Source: Cyanobacteria bacterium P01_A01_bin.123 (GTDB taxonomy: Bacteria; Cyanobacteriota; Cyanobacteriia; Phormidesmidales; Phormidesmidaceae). Taken from it: a stretch of 64,000 bases of DNA. The stretch covers positions 1 to 64,000 of the forward strand of contig JBCBZT010000023.1 in the NCBI GenBank assembly GCA_039815185.1. The letters are read 5' to 3'. Positions 18,825 to 26,457 of the stretch are shown here, piece by piece; within the stretch, counting starts at the first letter, position 1, and every line of letters starts with the position of its first letter. The notes under the pieces were generated by a model, which had not been told where the DNA came from, did no database searches, and saw nothing but the letters and a program-made list of their open reading frames with translations. The translations under genes were made by a program, and so were the position numbers.

Positions 18825-21789
18825 TGATATCTTCAATGGCTAGCAAAATCAGGTCATTGCTATTGGCTTGAATCATCTTGCGGGCGTTTAGCAGCATGGT
18901 TTTGCGGCCAATGGTTTCAAAGTCGTGTATCACTTCAAAATTGTCAACCTGGAGGTTATCGGGCAGTAGATCGTGGAGCAGCGATCGCAACTGCGGAATA
19001 TTCCACTGTCCGTTCCCCAATTCAAAGATAGAGCGGTGCTCAGTGTCGTTGGGGGTGACCTGAAAGACTTGATAGAACTGGCGGTTGGCCGTCACCACAT
19101 TTAGATCAGCATCGAGCACTATCAAGGGCTCCCGCACCGTTTGCACAATGGCATTAGCATAGTCTCTGGCCTGCCGCAGTTGTTCAGCATTGCGCTTGAG
19201 GCTATTAATATCTACTAAGACCACCACAGCCCCGTCAATGTGGTTATCAAGGGTCCGATAGGGGCGAATCCGCAGGTCATACCAGCGCCCCGCCTGGTCT
19301 TGTACCTCCTCGGTAGTCTGGTCGAGGGTGTTGATGACGCTTAAAATGCGCTGCTCTAGATCGTCGATGGCTAGCCGATGATTGATGTTGCTAAAGGGGC
19401 GACCTACATCGCTGGGGATCAGATTAAACAGCGTTGCCGCTGTGGGAGTAAACCGGCGAATGCGTAAATCTCCCTCCAGCATCAGAACAGGGATATTGAT
19501 GCTGCTCAGCAAGTTTTGAAAATCGTCGCTGATGCGAGTGGTTTCAGCATTGCGGCGGTAGAGTTCTTCGTTAATGGTGCTGAGTTCTTCGTTGGTGGCC
19601 TGAATCTCTTCTTTGGCAGTTTGCAGTTCTTCATTGGTGCTTTGCAGCTCCTCATTGCTAGAGAGAATTTCTTCGTTAGCTGCCCGCAGATTTTGATTGG
19701 TGGCTTCCTGTTCTTGAATAATCGACTGCAGGTGAGATCGGGTGGCTTCTAAATCTTGTTGGAGACGCTGATTATCTTGATATAGACGGTTATTTTCGGG
19801 GTTTTCGGTTGACCCCTCAATGACCTGGTTAATTTCACTGGTGTTTGCCCCATCCTCATTAGCCTCATCCGTGGATAAGTCTTTAAACAACACTAGGTAA
19901 CAGTCTGTTTCGGCGGTACTCGGCTTGAACGGGACTACCTCGATGTGCACCTTGCGGGTGCGATCGCCCTCTTTCAATAAAACCGGCTCTCGACAGACCA
20001 CCTGGACTGTTTGCTTGGCCTGGTAAATAGCAGTACGTAGATCCAACCGCAATCCTTCTTTTGCCATACTCAACAGTTTGAGGCTAGCTCGACCTGGGGA
20101 TGGTTCTAGATAGGCTCCGGTTTGCCCCCGAAATTGCAAAATATCGAGGTTAGCATTGACCACTACTCCCACTGGGCCATAGCGATTGAGCACAATCTGA
20201 TCCGCCAGGTCATAGAGATTAGTTTCGCTGGTGGGTTCTGGAGGGATGATAGGTTGAGATGAAGGGATATCAGGGGAATAGCCGTCGGAACCAAAATCAA
20301 TGTTCAGCCGCAGAGTTGTTGACTGCTTGGTATAGAGCTTATGCTTGCTATCCATCAGCGTAAATAGGTCGGTGAAATCTCCCACCGTTTCAGACGACCC
20401 CAACAATAAAAAGCCATGGGGCTTCAAGCCGTAATGAAACATCGGCAGCACCTTTCGCTGCAGCGCTGCCCCAAAGTAAATCAAGACATTACGGCAACTG
20501 ATCAAATCCAGCCGTGAAAAGGGGGGATCGCTAATTAGGTTTTGACGGGCGAAAATACACAACTCCCGCACCACTTTATTAATTTGGTAGCCCCCTTCTA
20601 TCGGCACAAAAAAACGCCGTAGCTGTTCGGGGGAGACATCCGCCACTTGGTTAGTGGAATATATCCCAAGGCGAGCGGCTTCAATCGCGGATTCGCTAAT
20701 GTCAGTGGCAAAAATTTGAATGGGTGGATTGTAGGAATGATGAGCAAGGTACTCGAGTAGGCAAATCGCCATAGAGTAAGCCTCTTCGCCGGTGGAGCAG
20801 CCCGCCACCCAGAAGCGTAGCGGCTGATCGGGGTTGTGATCGCGTAACAATACCGGAAAAACTTCCTGTTTTAGAGCGCTAAATACCGCTGCATCGCGAA
20901 AAAAGCCGGTAACTTTGATCAAAATCTCTTGGTAGAGGGCCTGCACTTCCGCCGCATTTTCCTGGAGATATTGTCGATAGTTTTCTAAGCTTTCCAAATG
21001 ATGTAGAGCCATGCGGCGCAATATTCGCCGTTTCAATGTCGTGGGTTTGTATTGAGAAAAGTCAACCTTGGTGGTGCGCTTCAGCAACTTGAGAATGTCG
21101 CCTAAAGCATCTGGTCCGTCTAGGGGGACTGCTGCTGAGTTTGCCGGATTGGGACTGTTGACATAGGGATGGCAGCTAACACTGACTAGGGTTTGGGCGA
21201 TGATGTCCGGAGTCTGGATAAAATCGACCTGCCCCGTGGCGATCGCTGTGTGTGGCATGCTTTTGACCTGGGCCGATGCTTCCGACTGAGCAAAGGTAAT
21301 GCCCCCCGCCGCTTTGATCGCCTCTAACCCCAATGTGCCGTCGGCATCCCCCCCTGATAAGACAACCCCAATCGCCTTGTTGCCTCGTTCTTGGGCCAGA
21401 GCACTAAAAAAAGTATCAATTACTCGGCTACCGCTGCGCGATCGCGGTCGGGGCTGGAGCTGAAAACAGCCCTCAATAATCGTCATCTCAGTATTAGGCG
21501 GAATCACATAAACCTGATTGGGGGCGATCGCCAGGCCATTCTGCACGTCTTGCACTGGCATCTGGGTAGCGCGAGCAATAATCTCGCTGAGTAAACTGCG
21601 CTGGTTGGGGTCTAAATGCTGCACCAATACAAAAGCCATGCCTGTGGTGGCGGGCAGATGGTTTAGCAGTTGAGTAAAGGCTTCTAATCCGCCCGCCGAA
21701 GCCCCAATGCCCACTACTGGAAAGGCGGCGGCTTCCTGGGATAACGGGGGTTGAGTGTTATCGTCTTGAGAAGGTGGCGTTGAAGGCAT
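18787..21789 (-). CDS. CheB methylesterase-CheR methyltransferase fusion with coiled coil and PAS domains
   Basis: VGIGASAGG, VQHL, DGTLG (CheB); VTGFFRD, WVAGCSTGEEAYS, ATDIS, CRNVLIYF (CheR); NEELQSTNEELQTAKEE coil; PAS. Confidence 0.95.
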   Translation of the reverse strand: MPSTPPSQDDNTQPPLSQEAAAFPVVGIGASAGGLEAFTQLLNHLPATTGMAFVLVQHLDPNQRSLLSEIIARATQMPVQDVQNGLAIAPNQVYVIPPNTEMTIIEGCFQLQPRPRSRSGSRVIDTFFSALAQERGNKAIGVVLSGGDADGTLGLEAIKAAGGITFAQSEASAQVKSMPHTAIATGQVDFIQTPDIIAQTLVSVSCHPYVNSPNPANSAAVPLDGPDALGDILKLLKRTTKVDFSQYKPTTLKRRILRRMALHHLESLENYRQYLQENAAEVQALYQEILIKVTGFFRDAAVFSALKQEVFPVLLRDHNPDQPLRFWVAGCSTGEEAYSMAICLLEYLAHHSYNPPIQIFATDISESAIEAARLGIYSTNQVADVSPEQLRRFFVPIEGGYQINKVVRELCIFARQNLISDPPFSRLDLISCRNVLIYFGAALQRKVLPMFHYGLKPHGFLLLGSSETVGDFTDLFTLMDSKHKLYTKQSTTLRLNIDFGSDGYSPDIPSSQPIIPPEPTSETNLYDLADQIVLNRYGPVGVVVNANLDILQFRGQTGAYLEPSPGRASLKLLSMAKEGLRLDLRTAIYQAKQTVQVVCREPVLLKEGDRTRKVHIEVVPFKPSTAETDCYLVLFKDLSTDEANEDGANTSEINQVIEGSTENPENNRLYQDNQRLQQDLEATRSHLQSIIQEQEATNQNLRAANEEILSSNEELQSTNEELQTAKEEIQATNEELSTINEELYRRNAETTRISDDFQNLLSSINIPVLMLEGDLRIRRFTPTAATLFNLIPSDVGRPFSNINHRLAIDDLEQRILSVINTLDQTTEEVQDQAGRWYDLRIRPYRTLDNHIDGAVVVLVDINSLKRNAEQLRQARDYANAIVQTVREPLIVLDADLNVVTANRQFYQVFQVTPNDTEHRSIFELGNGQWNIPQLRSLLHDLLPDNLQVDNFEVIHDFETIGRKTMLLNARKMIQANSNDLILLAIEDISDRHHTSQRSPQ

Positions 21790-22005
21790 ATCAACGGGTG
21801 CGCAGTCGCCCAATTGGAGGACTTATGGAGTGAATCAAACGACGGTCAGACAAATGTTTGCCCAGACTGTAACTCTCTTTTCCATAAAGATAGGGTATGG
21901 TGGCATTTGTTCGACACGCAATACTCATAGATAGCGCACAGGCTTCCCTGGGGCTTGACCCGATCAACCCTTTAACAATGTTTGACGATTTCTGCAAGAG
22001 GTTGA

Positions 22006-22899
22006 TCACATCGCTAAATTGTGACTCTCAGTGCGAAAGTAATCCAGCAGAAAGTCAATGACGCGCCGGACTCGCAAAGGCAAATGGCGGCGGTTGGGGT
22101 AGACGATCCAAGTGGCGCGATCGCGATCCCAAAAGTCTTCTAAAATCGGCATTAATTTCCCCGTATCCAGTTCATGGGCTAGATTGACCCGAGGCGAATA
22201 GACAATTCCCAATCCCCTCACTGCCGCTGCTGCTAGAGCAGGGCCATTGTTGCTGATCCAAGGCCCTGTAACCCGGATATACCGATGGCCTTCTGGGTAT
22301 GAAAACCGCCAGCGATCGCTGTTGCTGCGCAAACAAGCGTGATCTCGCAATTCTTCTGGGTCGGCAGGTGTTCCCCAGCGTTGCAGATAGTCAGGGCTGG
22401 CACAGGCGACTAGGGTACGGCCTGTCAATTGACGGGCAATTAGGCTGCTGTCTTCTAAAACGCCGTAACGAACCGCAAAATCAAAACCTTCATCAATCAG
22501 GTTGATATTGCGCGAGTTGAAGTCTATGTCAATCTGAACTTTCGGGTGTTGTGCGGCAAACTCCGCCAGGATAGGGGCGACATAGCGTTCGGCAAAGGCT
22601 CCGGCTGCTGAAACGCGAATTCGCCCAACCACCTCTGCTGTTTCACCGACGACCACTTGATTCGCCTCTTCTAACCCTGCCGCCAATTCGGCGCAGCGAC
22701 GATAGTATTCTGCTCCTGTATCCGTCATCCGGACTTTGCGTGTGGAACGAGCCAGCAACCGAATGCCAAGCCGTGCTTCTAAGGCGGCTACCCGCCGACT
22801 CACGTAAGACGTAGAGACCCCAAGTCGCTGTGCTGCTGCCGAAAAACTGCCTGAATCAACCACCGCGATAAATTCTGAAACGCCATCCCAGACACTCAT
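22006..22899 (-). CDS. LysR family regulator (CrgA-like)
   Basis: FIAVVDSGSFSAAAQRLG...LEARLGIRLLARSTR; EGFDFAVR. Confidence 0.95.
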   Translation of the reverse strand: MSVWDGVSEFIAVVDSGSFSAAAQRLGVSTSYVSRRVAALEARLGIRLLARSTRKVRMTDTGAEYYRRCAELAAGLEEANQVVVGETAEVVGRIRVSAAGAFAERYVAPILAEFAAQHPKVQIDIDFNSRNINLIDEGFDFAVRYGVLEDSSLIARQLTGRTLVACASPDYLQRWGTPADPEELRDHACLRSNSDRWRFSYPEGHRYIRVTGPWISNNGPALAAAAVRGLGIVYSPRVNLAHELDTGKLMPILEDFWDRDRATWIVYPNRRHLPLRVRRVIDFLLDYFRTESHNLAM

Positions 22900-23026
22900 G
22901 GTTATCGCCCCTTATTGCCATTGATTATTGCTAAATAGCAAAAGTAATTTAACTGGAACTCATTTTATATTCTTTGGGCAACAATGAGAGTGTCAAAATT
23001 CACCGATCACTTTAGGAGGCTTCACC

Positions 23027-23467
23027 ATGGGAAATACAGTGTTAACGTCTTCAGCAACAGCGATCGCCACCCAGTTTTTCGATGCTTATCGTGATCAAGA
23101 TGTCTCAGCTATGGTCGATCTATTTGACCCAGCTGGGACTGTAGAATATGTCCCCTTCAATCTCCAAGGCTCAGTTGAAGAAGCGGGTGCCGGAGTCTGG
23201 AATGGGTTAATTGAGGCATTTCCAAATTTGACCAATCGGGTGCTCAACATCCGCCAAGATGAAACTGGGCGTATTGCCTATGCGGATGTGTTTATCGGCG
23301 GTACTCAGCTTAAAGATGCGTTTGGTGTGCCAAATCAAGGCAAAACTTACGACCTGCGCCATCTATTTATCTTTGAAATCAATGAAATAGGCAAAATTAC
23401 CAGCGTTGTCAGCTTTTGGGACAATGCTGATTGGTATCAGCAATTAGGCAAAACAACTTTGGCTTAA
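23027..23467 (+). CDS. SnoaL/NTF2-like family protein
   Basis: 146 aa; AFPNL, GKITSVVSFWD; AGGAGG RBS. Confidence 0.8.
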   Translation: MGNTVLTSSATAIATQFFDAYRDQDVSAMVDLFDPAGTVEYVPFNLQGSVEEAGAGVWNGLIEAFPNLTNRVLNIRQDETGRIAYADVFIGGTQLKDAFGVPNQGKTYDLRHLFIFEINEIGKITSVVSFWDNADWYQQLGKTTLA

Positions 23468-23509
23468 ACCCCGCATACAGTTTTTTACTATCTACAGGAG
23501 CAACATTCC

Positions 23510-24196
23510 ATGTCTACCCCTCGCATTCTCATGGTTTTGACATCCCACAACCAGCTTGGCAATACTGGGAAGTCCACTGGCTTTTGGCTAGAAGAATTTG
23601 CCGCTCCTTACTATGCCTTCGTTGATGCTGGGGCCAAGGTGACCTTAGCCTCTATCCAAGGGGGTCAGCCGCCGATTGATCCCAAAAGCGATCAAGACGA
23701 TGCCCAAACCGAAACGACCCGACGCTTTTTAGACGATGCTGATGCTAAACAGGCGTTAGCCAACACGATGCCTGTGAGTAAAGCGGATGCCGGCGATTAT
23801 GATGCGATTTTCTTACCCGGTGGCCATGGCACCATGTGGGATTTTCCAGAAAGTAAGACACTAACGAATCTGATTGAAGCCTTTGATGAAGAAGAGAAGG
23901 TGATCGCCGCAGTCTGTCATGCCCCGGCTGCTTTAGTCACCGTCAAAACTGCCTCTGGTGAGCCTTTGGTTAAGGGAAAGGCAGTCACCGCTTTTACCGA
24001 CAGTGAAGAACGGGGGGTAGAGCTTGAAACTGTCGTCCCCTTTATGTTGGAAACCCGTTTGCGAGAGTTGGGGGCAAAATTTGAGTCGGGTGCTGATTGG
24101 ACGCCGATGGTGCGCCAAGATCAGCATTTAATCACGGGACAAAATCCGGCTTCGTCTGAACCAGCGGCCAGGGCTGTGCTGGAAGCATTACATTAG
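23510..24196 (+). CDS. DJ-1/PfpI (Hsp31/glyoxalase III-like) protein
   Basis: TGFWLEEFAAPY, PGGHGTMWD, AVCHAP, ITGQNPAS. Confidence 0.93.
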   Translation: MSTPRILMVLTSHNQLGNTGKSTGFWLEEFAAPYYAFVDAGAKVTLASIQGGQPPIDPKSDQDDAQTETTRRFLDDADAKQALANTMPVSKADAGDYDAIFLPGGHGTMWDFPESKTLTNLIEAFDEEEKVIAAVCHAPAALVTVKTASGEPLVKGKAVTAFTDSEERGVELETVVPFMLETRLRELGAKFESGADWTPMVRQDQHLITGQNPASSEPAARAVLEALH

Positions 24197-24227
24197 TCGT
24201 CTTACCCCTCGATTTTGATAATGATGA

Positions 24228-24800
24228 CTACTCAATCAGCGACACTGCTAGTGCTGTAAAGGCGTTGCTCACAACGCTGGGTTCGAGATAGCGACGTTGG
24301 GCAAAGCCACCATCAACCACGATCATCAATTGCGCCGCTAGTTCTTGGGGGTGTTTGAGTTGGGCTGTTTGAGCTAGGCTTGCGAAGCGATCGCGTAACT
24401 GCTGCTTGTGCCCTTCAATGACAGGCCGAGCCGGATGTTCAAGCGCTGGAAATTCACTTGCTGTCAGTAAAAACGGGCAACCACAGCAGATAGGCTTCGC
24501 TAGTAACTGGGCAATCCAATCGATAATGCCCCTCAACTGCGCTTCGGGTTCCGGCGCGCAATCTGCTAAGAACAGTTCTAATTCTCGCCAAAACCTTTCG
24601 TTCCGTTGTTCTAGGTAGGCTTTAATCAACTCGTCCTTAGACGGAAAGTATCGGTAGAGGCTGGTTTTGGCAATGCCAGCATCGGCAATCACCCGATCAA
24701 TACCCACTGCATGAATGCCCTGTTCATAAAAAAGTCTCCCTGCAACATCCAGGATATGTTCTTTCAAAGGCTTATCCGTTGCAGCAGATTTCCGGGGCAT
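24228..24800 (-). CDS. TetR/AcrR family regulator
   Basis: LFYEQGIHAVGIDRVIADAGIAKTSLYRYFPSKDEL; GCPF. Confidence 0.93.
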   Translation of the reverse strand: MPRKSAATDKPLKEHILDVAGRLFYEQGIHAVGIDRVIADAGIAKTSLYRYFPSKDELIKAYLEQRNERFWRELELFLADCAPEPEAQLRGIIDWIAQLLAKPICCGCPFLLTASEFPALEHPARPVIEGHKQQLRDRFASLAQTAQLKHPQELAAQLMIVVDGGFAQRRYLEPSVVSNAFTALAVSLIE

Positions 24801-24831
24801 CACACTTAACAATTTCACTGATTGACATGAT

Positions 24832-24877
24832 ACAGATCTGTCTGTTATTAATCAAATCAGGTTAAATACAGACCTGT
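24832..24877. promoter_or_regulatory. Two TetR-type operators in the divergent promoter
   Basis: ACAGATCTGT (24832-24841) and ACAGACCTGT (24868-24877); TTGACA immediately before the first. Confidence 0.65.
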
Positions 24878-24904
24878 ACGTTTTAATTGATTCTGGAGTC
24901 AAAT

Positions 24905-25585
24905 ATGAAAATTGGCATTTTAGGCAGCGGTAACATGGGGCGATCGCTAGGAGCACTGTGGGCTGAGCAAGGCCACCAGGTTTTTTTCGGGTCTCGCAGT
25001 GCAGACAGGGGGCAGCAGGTGGCGACACAAGTGGGTCGTAATACTCAAGGCGGTACCAATGATCAGGCAGCGTCGTTTGGGGACATTTTGCTGTACACCA
25101 TTCGGGGTGTTGATCCGGCAGTAGTCTTGTCTAACACAGCGGTGCTGGATGGCAAGGTGCTAATTGATTGCAACAATTTTGATATTCCTGAAGGCTTTGC
25201 CTACGAGCCAATCACCTGCTCCCTGGCAGAAACCCTTGCAGAACAGGTGCCAACTGCGAAAGTCGTCAAGGCATTTAACACGATGGCGCAAGAAGTGTTT
25301 GAGCTGTCGCCCCAGCCTTTAGCGCAGCACAATGTGTCGGTCTTTTTAGCTGGGGATGATGCTACCGCCAAGCAAACGGTGGCGCAACTTGCCGAAGAAA
25401 TCGGCTTCCAGCCTTTGGATTGTGGCCCGCTCCGTCAAGCTCGCCTGCTTGAAGGGTTGGGGGATTTTATTCGCCTGATGATTATTGGTCAAGGGTTGGG
25501 ATCCTACGCTACGTTATCTGTGAATGTTTTGCCCCCGACTGAACAAGCACGCCTCGGCGGGCGTCAAGCGTCCTCACTGCATTAA
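24905..25585 (+). CDS. NADPH-dependent F420-reductase-like oxidoreductase
   Basis: MKIGILGSGNMG, IDCNN, VVKAFNT, AGDD; GGAG RBS. Confidence 0.88.
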   Translation: MKIGILGSGNMGRSLGALWAEQGHQVFFGSRSADRGQQVATQVGRNTQGGTNDQAASFGDILLYTIRGVDPAVVLSNTAVLDGKVLIDCNNFDIPEGFAYEPITCSLAETLAEQVPTAKVVKAFNTMAQEVFELSPQPLAQHNVSVFLAGDDATAKQTVAQLAEEIGFQPLDCGPLRQARLLEGLGDFIRLMIIGQGLGSYATLSVNVLPPTEQARLGGRQASSLH

Positions 25586-25608
25586 CAATCAGTCTTGCCA
25601 CTCTAAAA

Positions 25609-25677
25609 TTCGATTGCTAGCATTGGTCTAATCGAACTCTGTTTTATCGCGGCTGCTGAACCCGATAATTAACAGAG
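25609..25677 (+). promoter_or_regulatory. Two adjacent hairpins in the leader; the second sequesters the RBS
   Basis: TTCGATT/AATCGAA (25609-25636); CTCTGTT-TTATCG...CGATAA-TT-AACAGAG (25637-25677) overlapping AGAGG. Confidence 0.5.
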
Positions 25678-25686
25678 GTAACCCCA

Positions 25687-26016
25687 ATGAATTCATCTCG
25701 AACACGGGCTTGGCGACGTGCCCAGCGCAACCGCTGTGTTGCTAAGCGACAACAGCAGATCAGGATTGCTCAGCAGCGTAAAAATTATAGTTTCCTGCAC
25801 GGTCATTTGGCTGATGGGCCTGGTCCGGAGGCAGGTCGGCTTGCTAAGGCAAGCATTACTCAATGCGGTTATTGGGCTTTGCGCAAGCCTAGTAAGCAAT
25901 GGAAACTGCTCTGGTTGCGATCGCAAAAAGTTTCCCGAGCTAAGCAATTGAAAACGTTTTATCCCAGGAAGTTTTGGGAGTTGGAAATTGCACATGAATG
26001 TTTTGTTCATCTGTAG
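25687..26016 (+). CDS. Small Arg/Lys-rich hypothetical protein
   Basis: AGAGG RBS; RTRAWRRAQR...KQWKLLWLRSQKVSRAKQL; overlaps the next gene. Confidence 0.65.
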   Translation: MNSSRTRAWRRAQRNRCVAKRQQQIRIAQQRKNYSFLHGHLADGPGPEAGRLAKASITQCGYWALRKPSKQWKLLWLRSQKVSRAKQLKTFYPRKFWELEIAHECFVHL

Positions 26017-26317
26017 TCGTAACCAATGGCGGAGTCCCACGGCAGAAGCCGTGTGGTGTAAACTTCCGGGGCTGAGTGTCCGATCAGCGGGCACCAGCCC
26101 CAACGCCAAAAAAACAGTCACAGTTGTAGATATTCGCTGGGCAGACGTCATCTTCGTCATGGAGACGAAGCATAAACAGCGCTTACAGGCTGAGTTCTGT
26201 CAATGGGTGACTTACAAACGGATTGAAGTTTTAGATATCCCAGATGACTACCGATACATGGATCCGGAATTAGTCGGAATCTTTGAAGCTGAAGCTGAAG
26301 CTTTTCTCAATGAATAA
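25994..26317 (+). CDS. Low-molecular-weight phosphotyrosine-phosphatase-like protein
   Basis: VLFICSRNQWRSPTAE (CX5R P-loop), SAGT, WADVIFVME, LDIPDDY. Confidence 0.92.
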   Translation: MNVLFICSRNQWRSPTAEAVWCKLPGLSVRSAGTSPNAKKTVTVVDIRWADVIFVMETKHKQRLQAEFCQWVTYKRIEVLDIPDDYRYMDPELVGIFEAEAEAFLNE

Positions 26318-26362
26318 CGTCTTCCCTAAGGAAGCAACTTCTCGCTAAACGCTGAAGATCAC

Positions 26363-26436
26363 TCCGGGGTAGTTCAACGGTAGAACGCTCGGCTTGGACC
26401 GAGAGGGCGCTGGTTCGACTCCAGCCCCCGGATCCA
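26363..26436 (+). tRNA. tRNA-like RNA with a non-canonical 6-nt anticodon loop (CTTGGA) and encoded CCA; isotype not assignable
   Basis: Acceptor TCCGGGG/CCCCGGA, D arm GTTC-AACGGTA-GAAC, anticodon stem CTCGG/CCGAG, variable AGGGC, T arm GCTGG-TTCGACT-CCAGC, then T-CCA. Confidence 0.85.
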
Positions 26437-26457
26437 CCCAATTCTGGTTAAGTAAGT

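Noticed and set aside
26363..26436. Calling the RNA a standard tRNA-Pro(TGG) or tRNA-Gln(TTG), or an att site
   Set aside because: The loop is 6 nt and the identity elements do not fit cleanly; I saw no duplicated 3' end and no integrase in the window.
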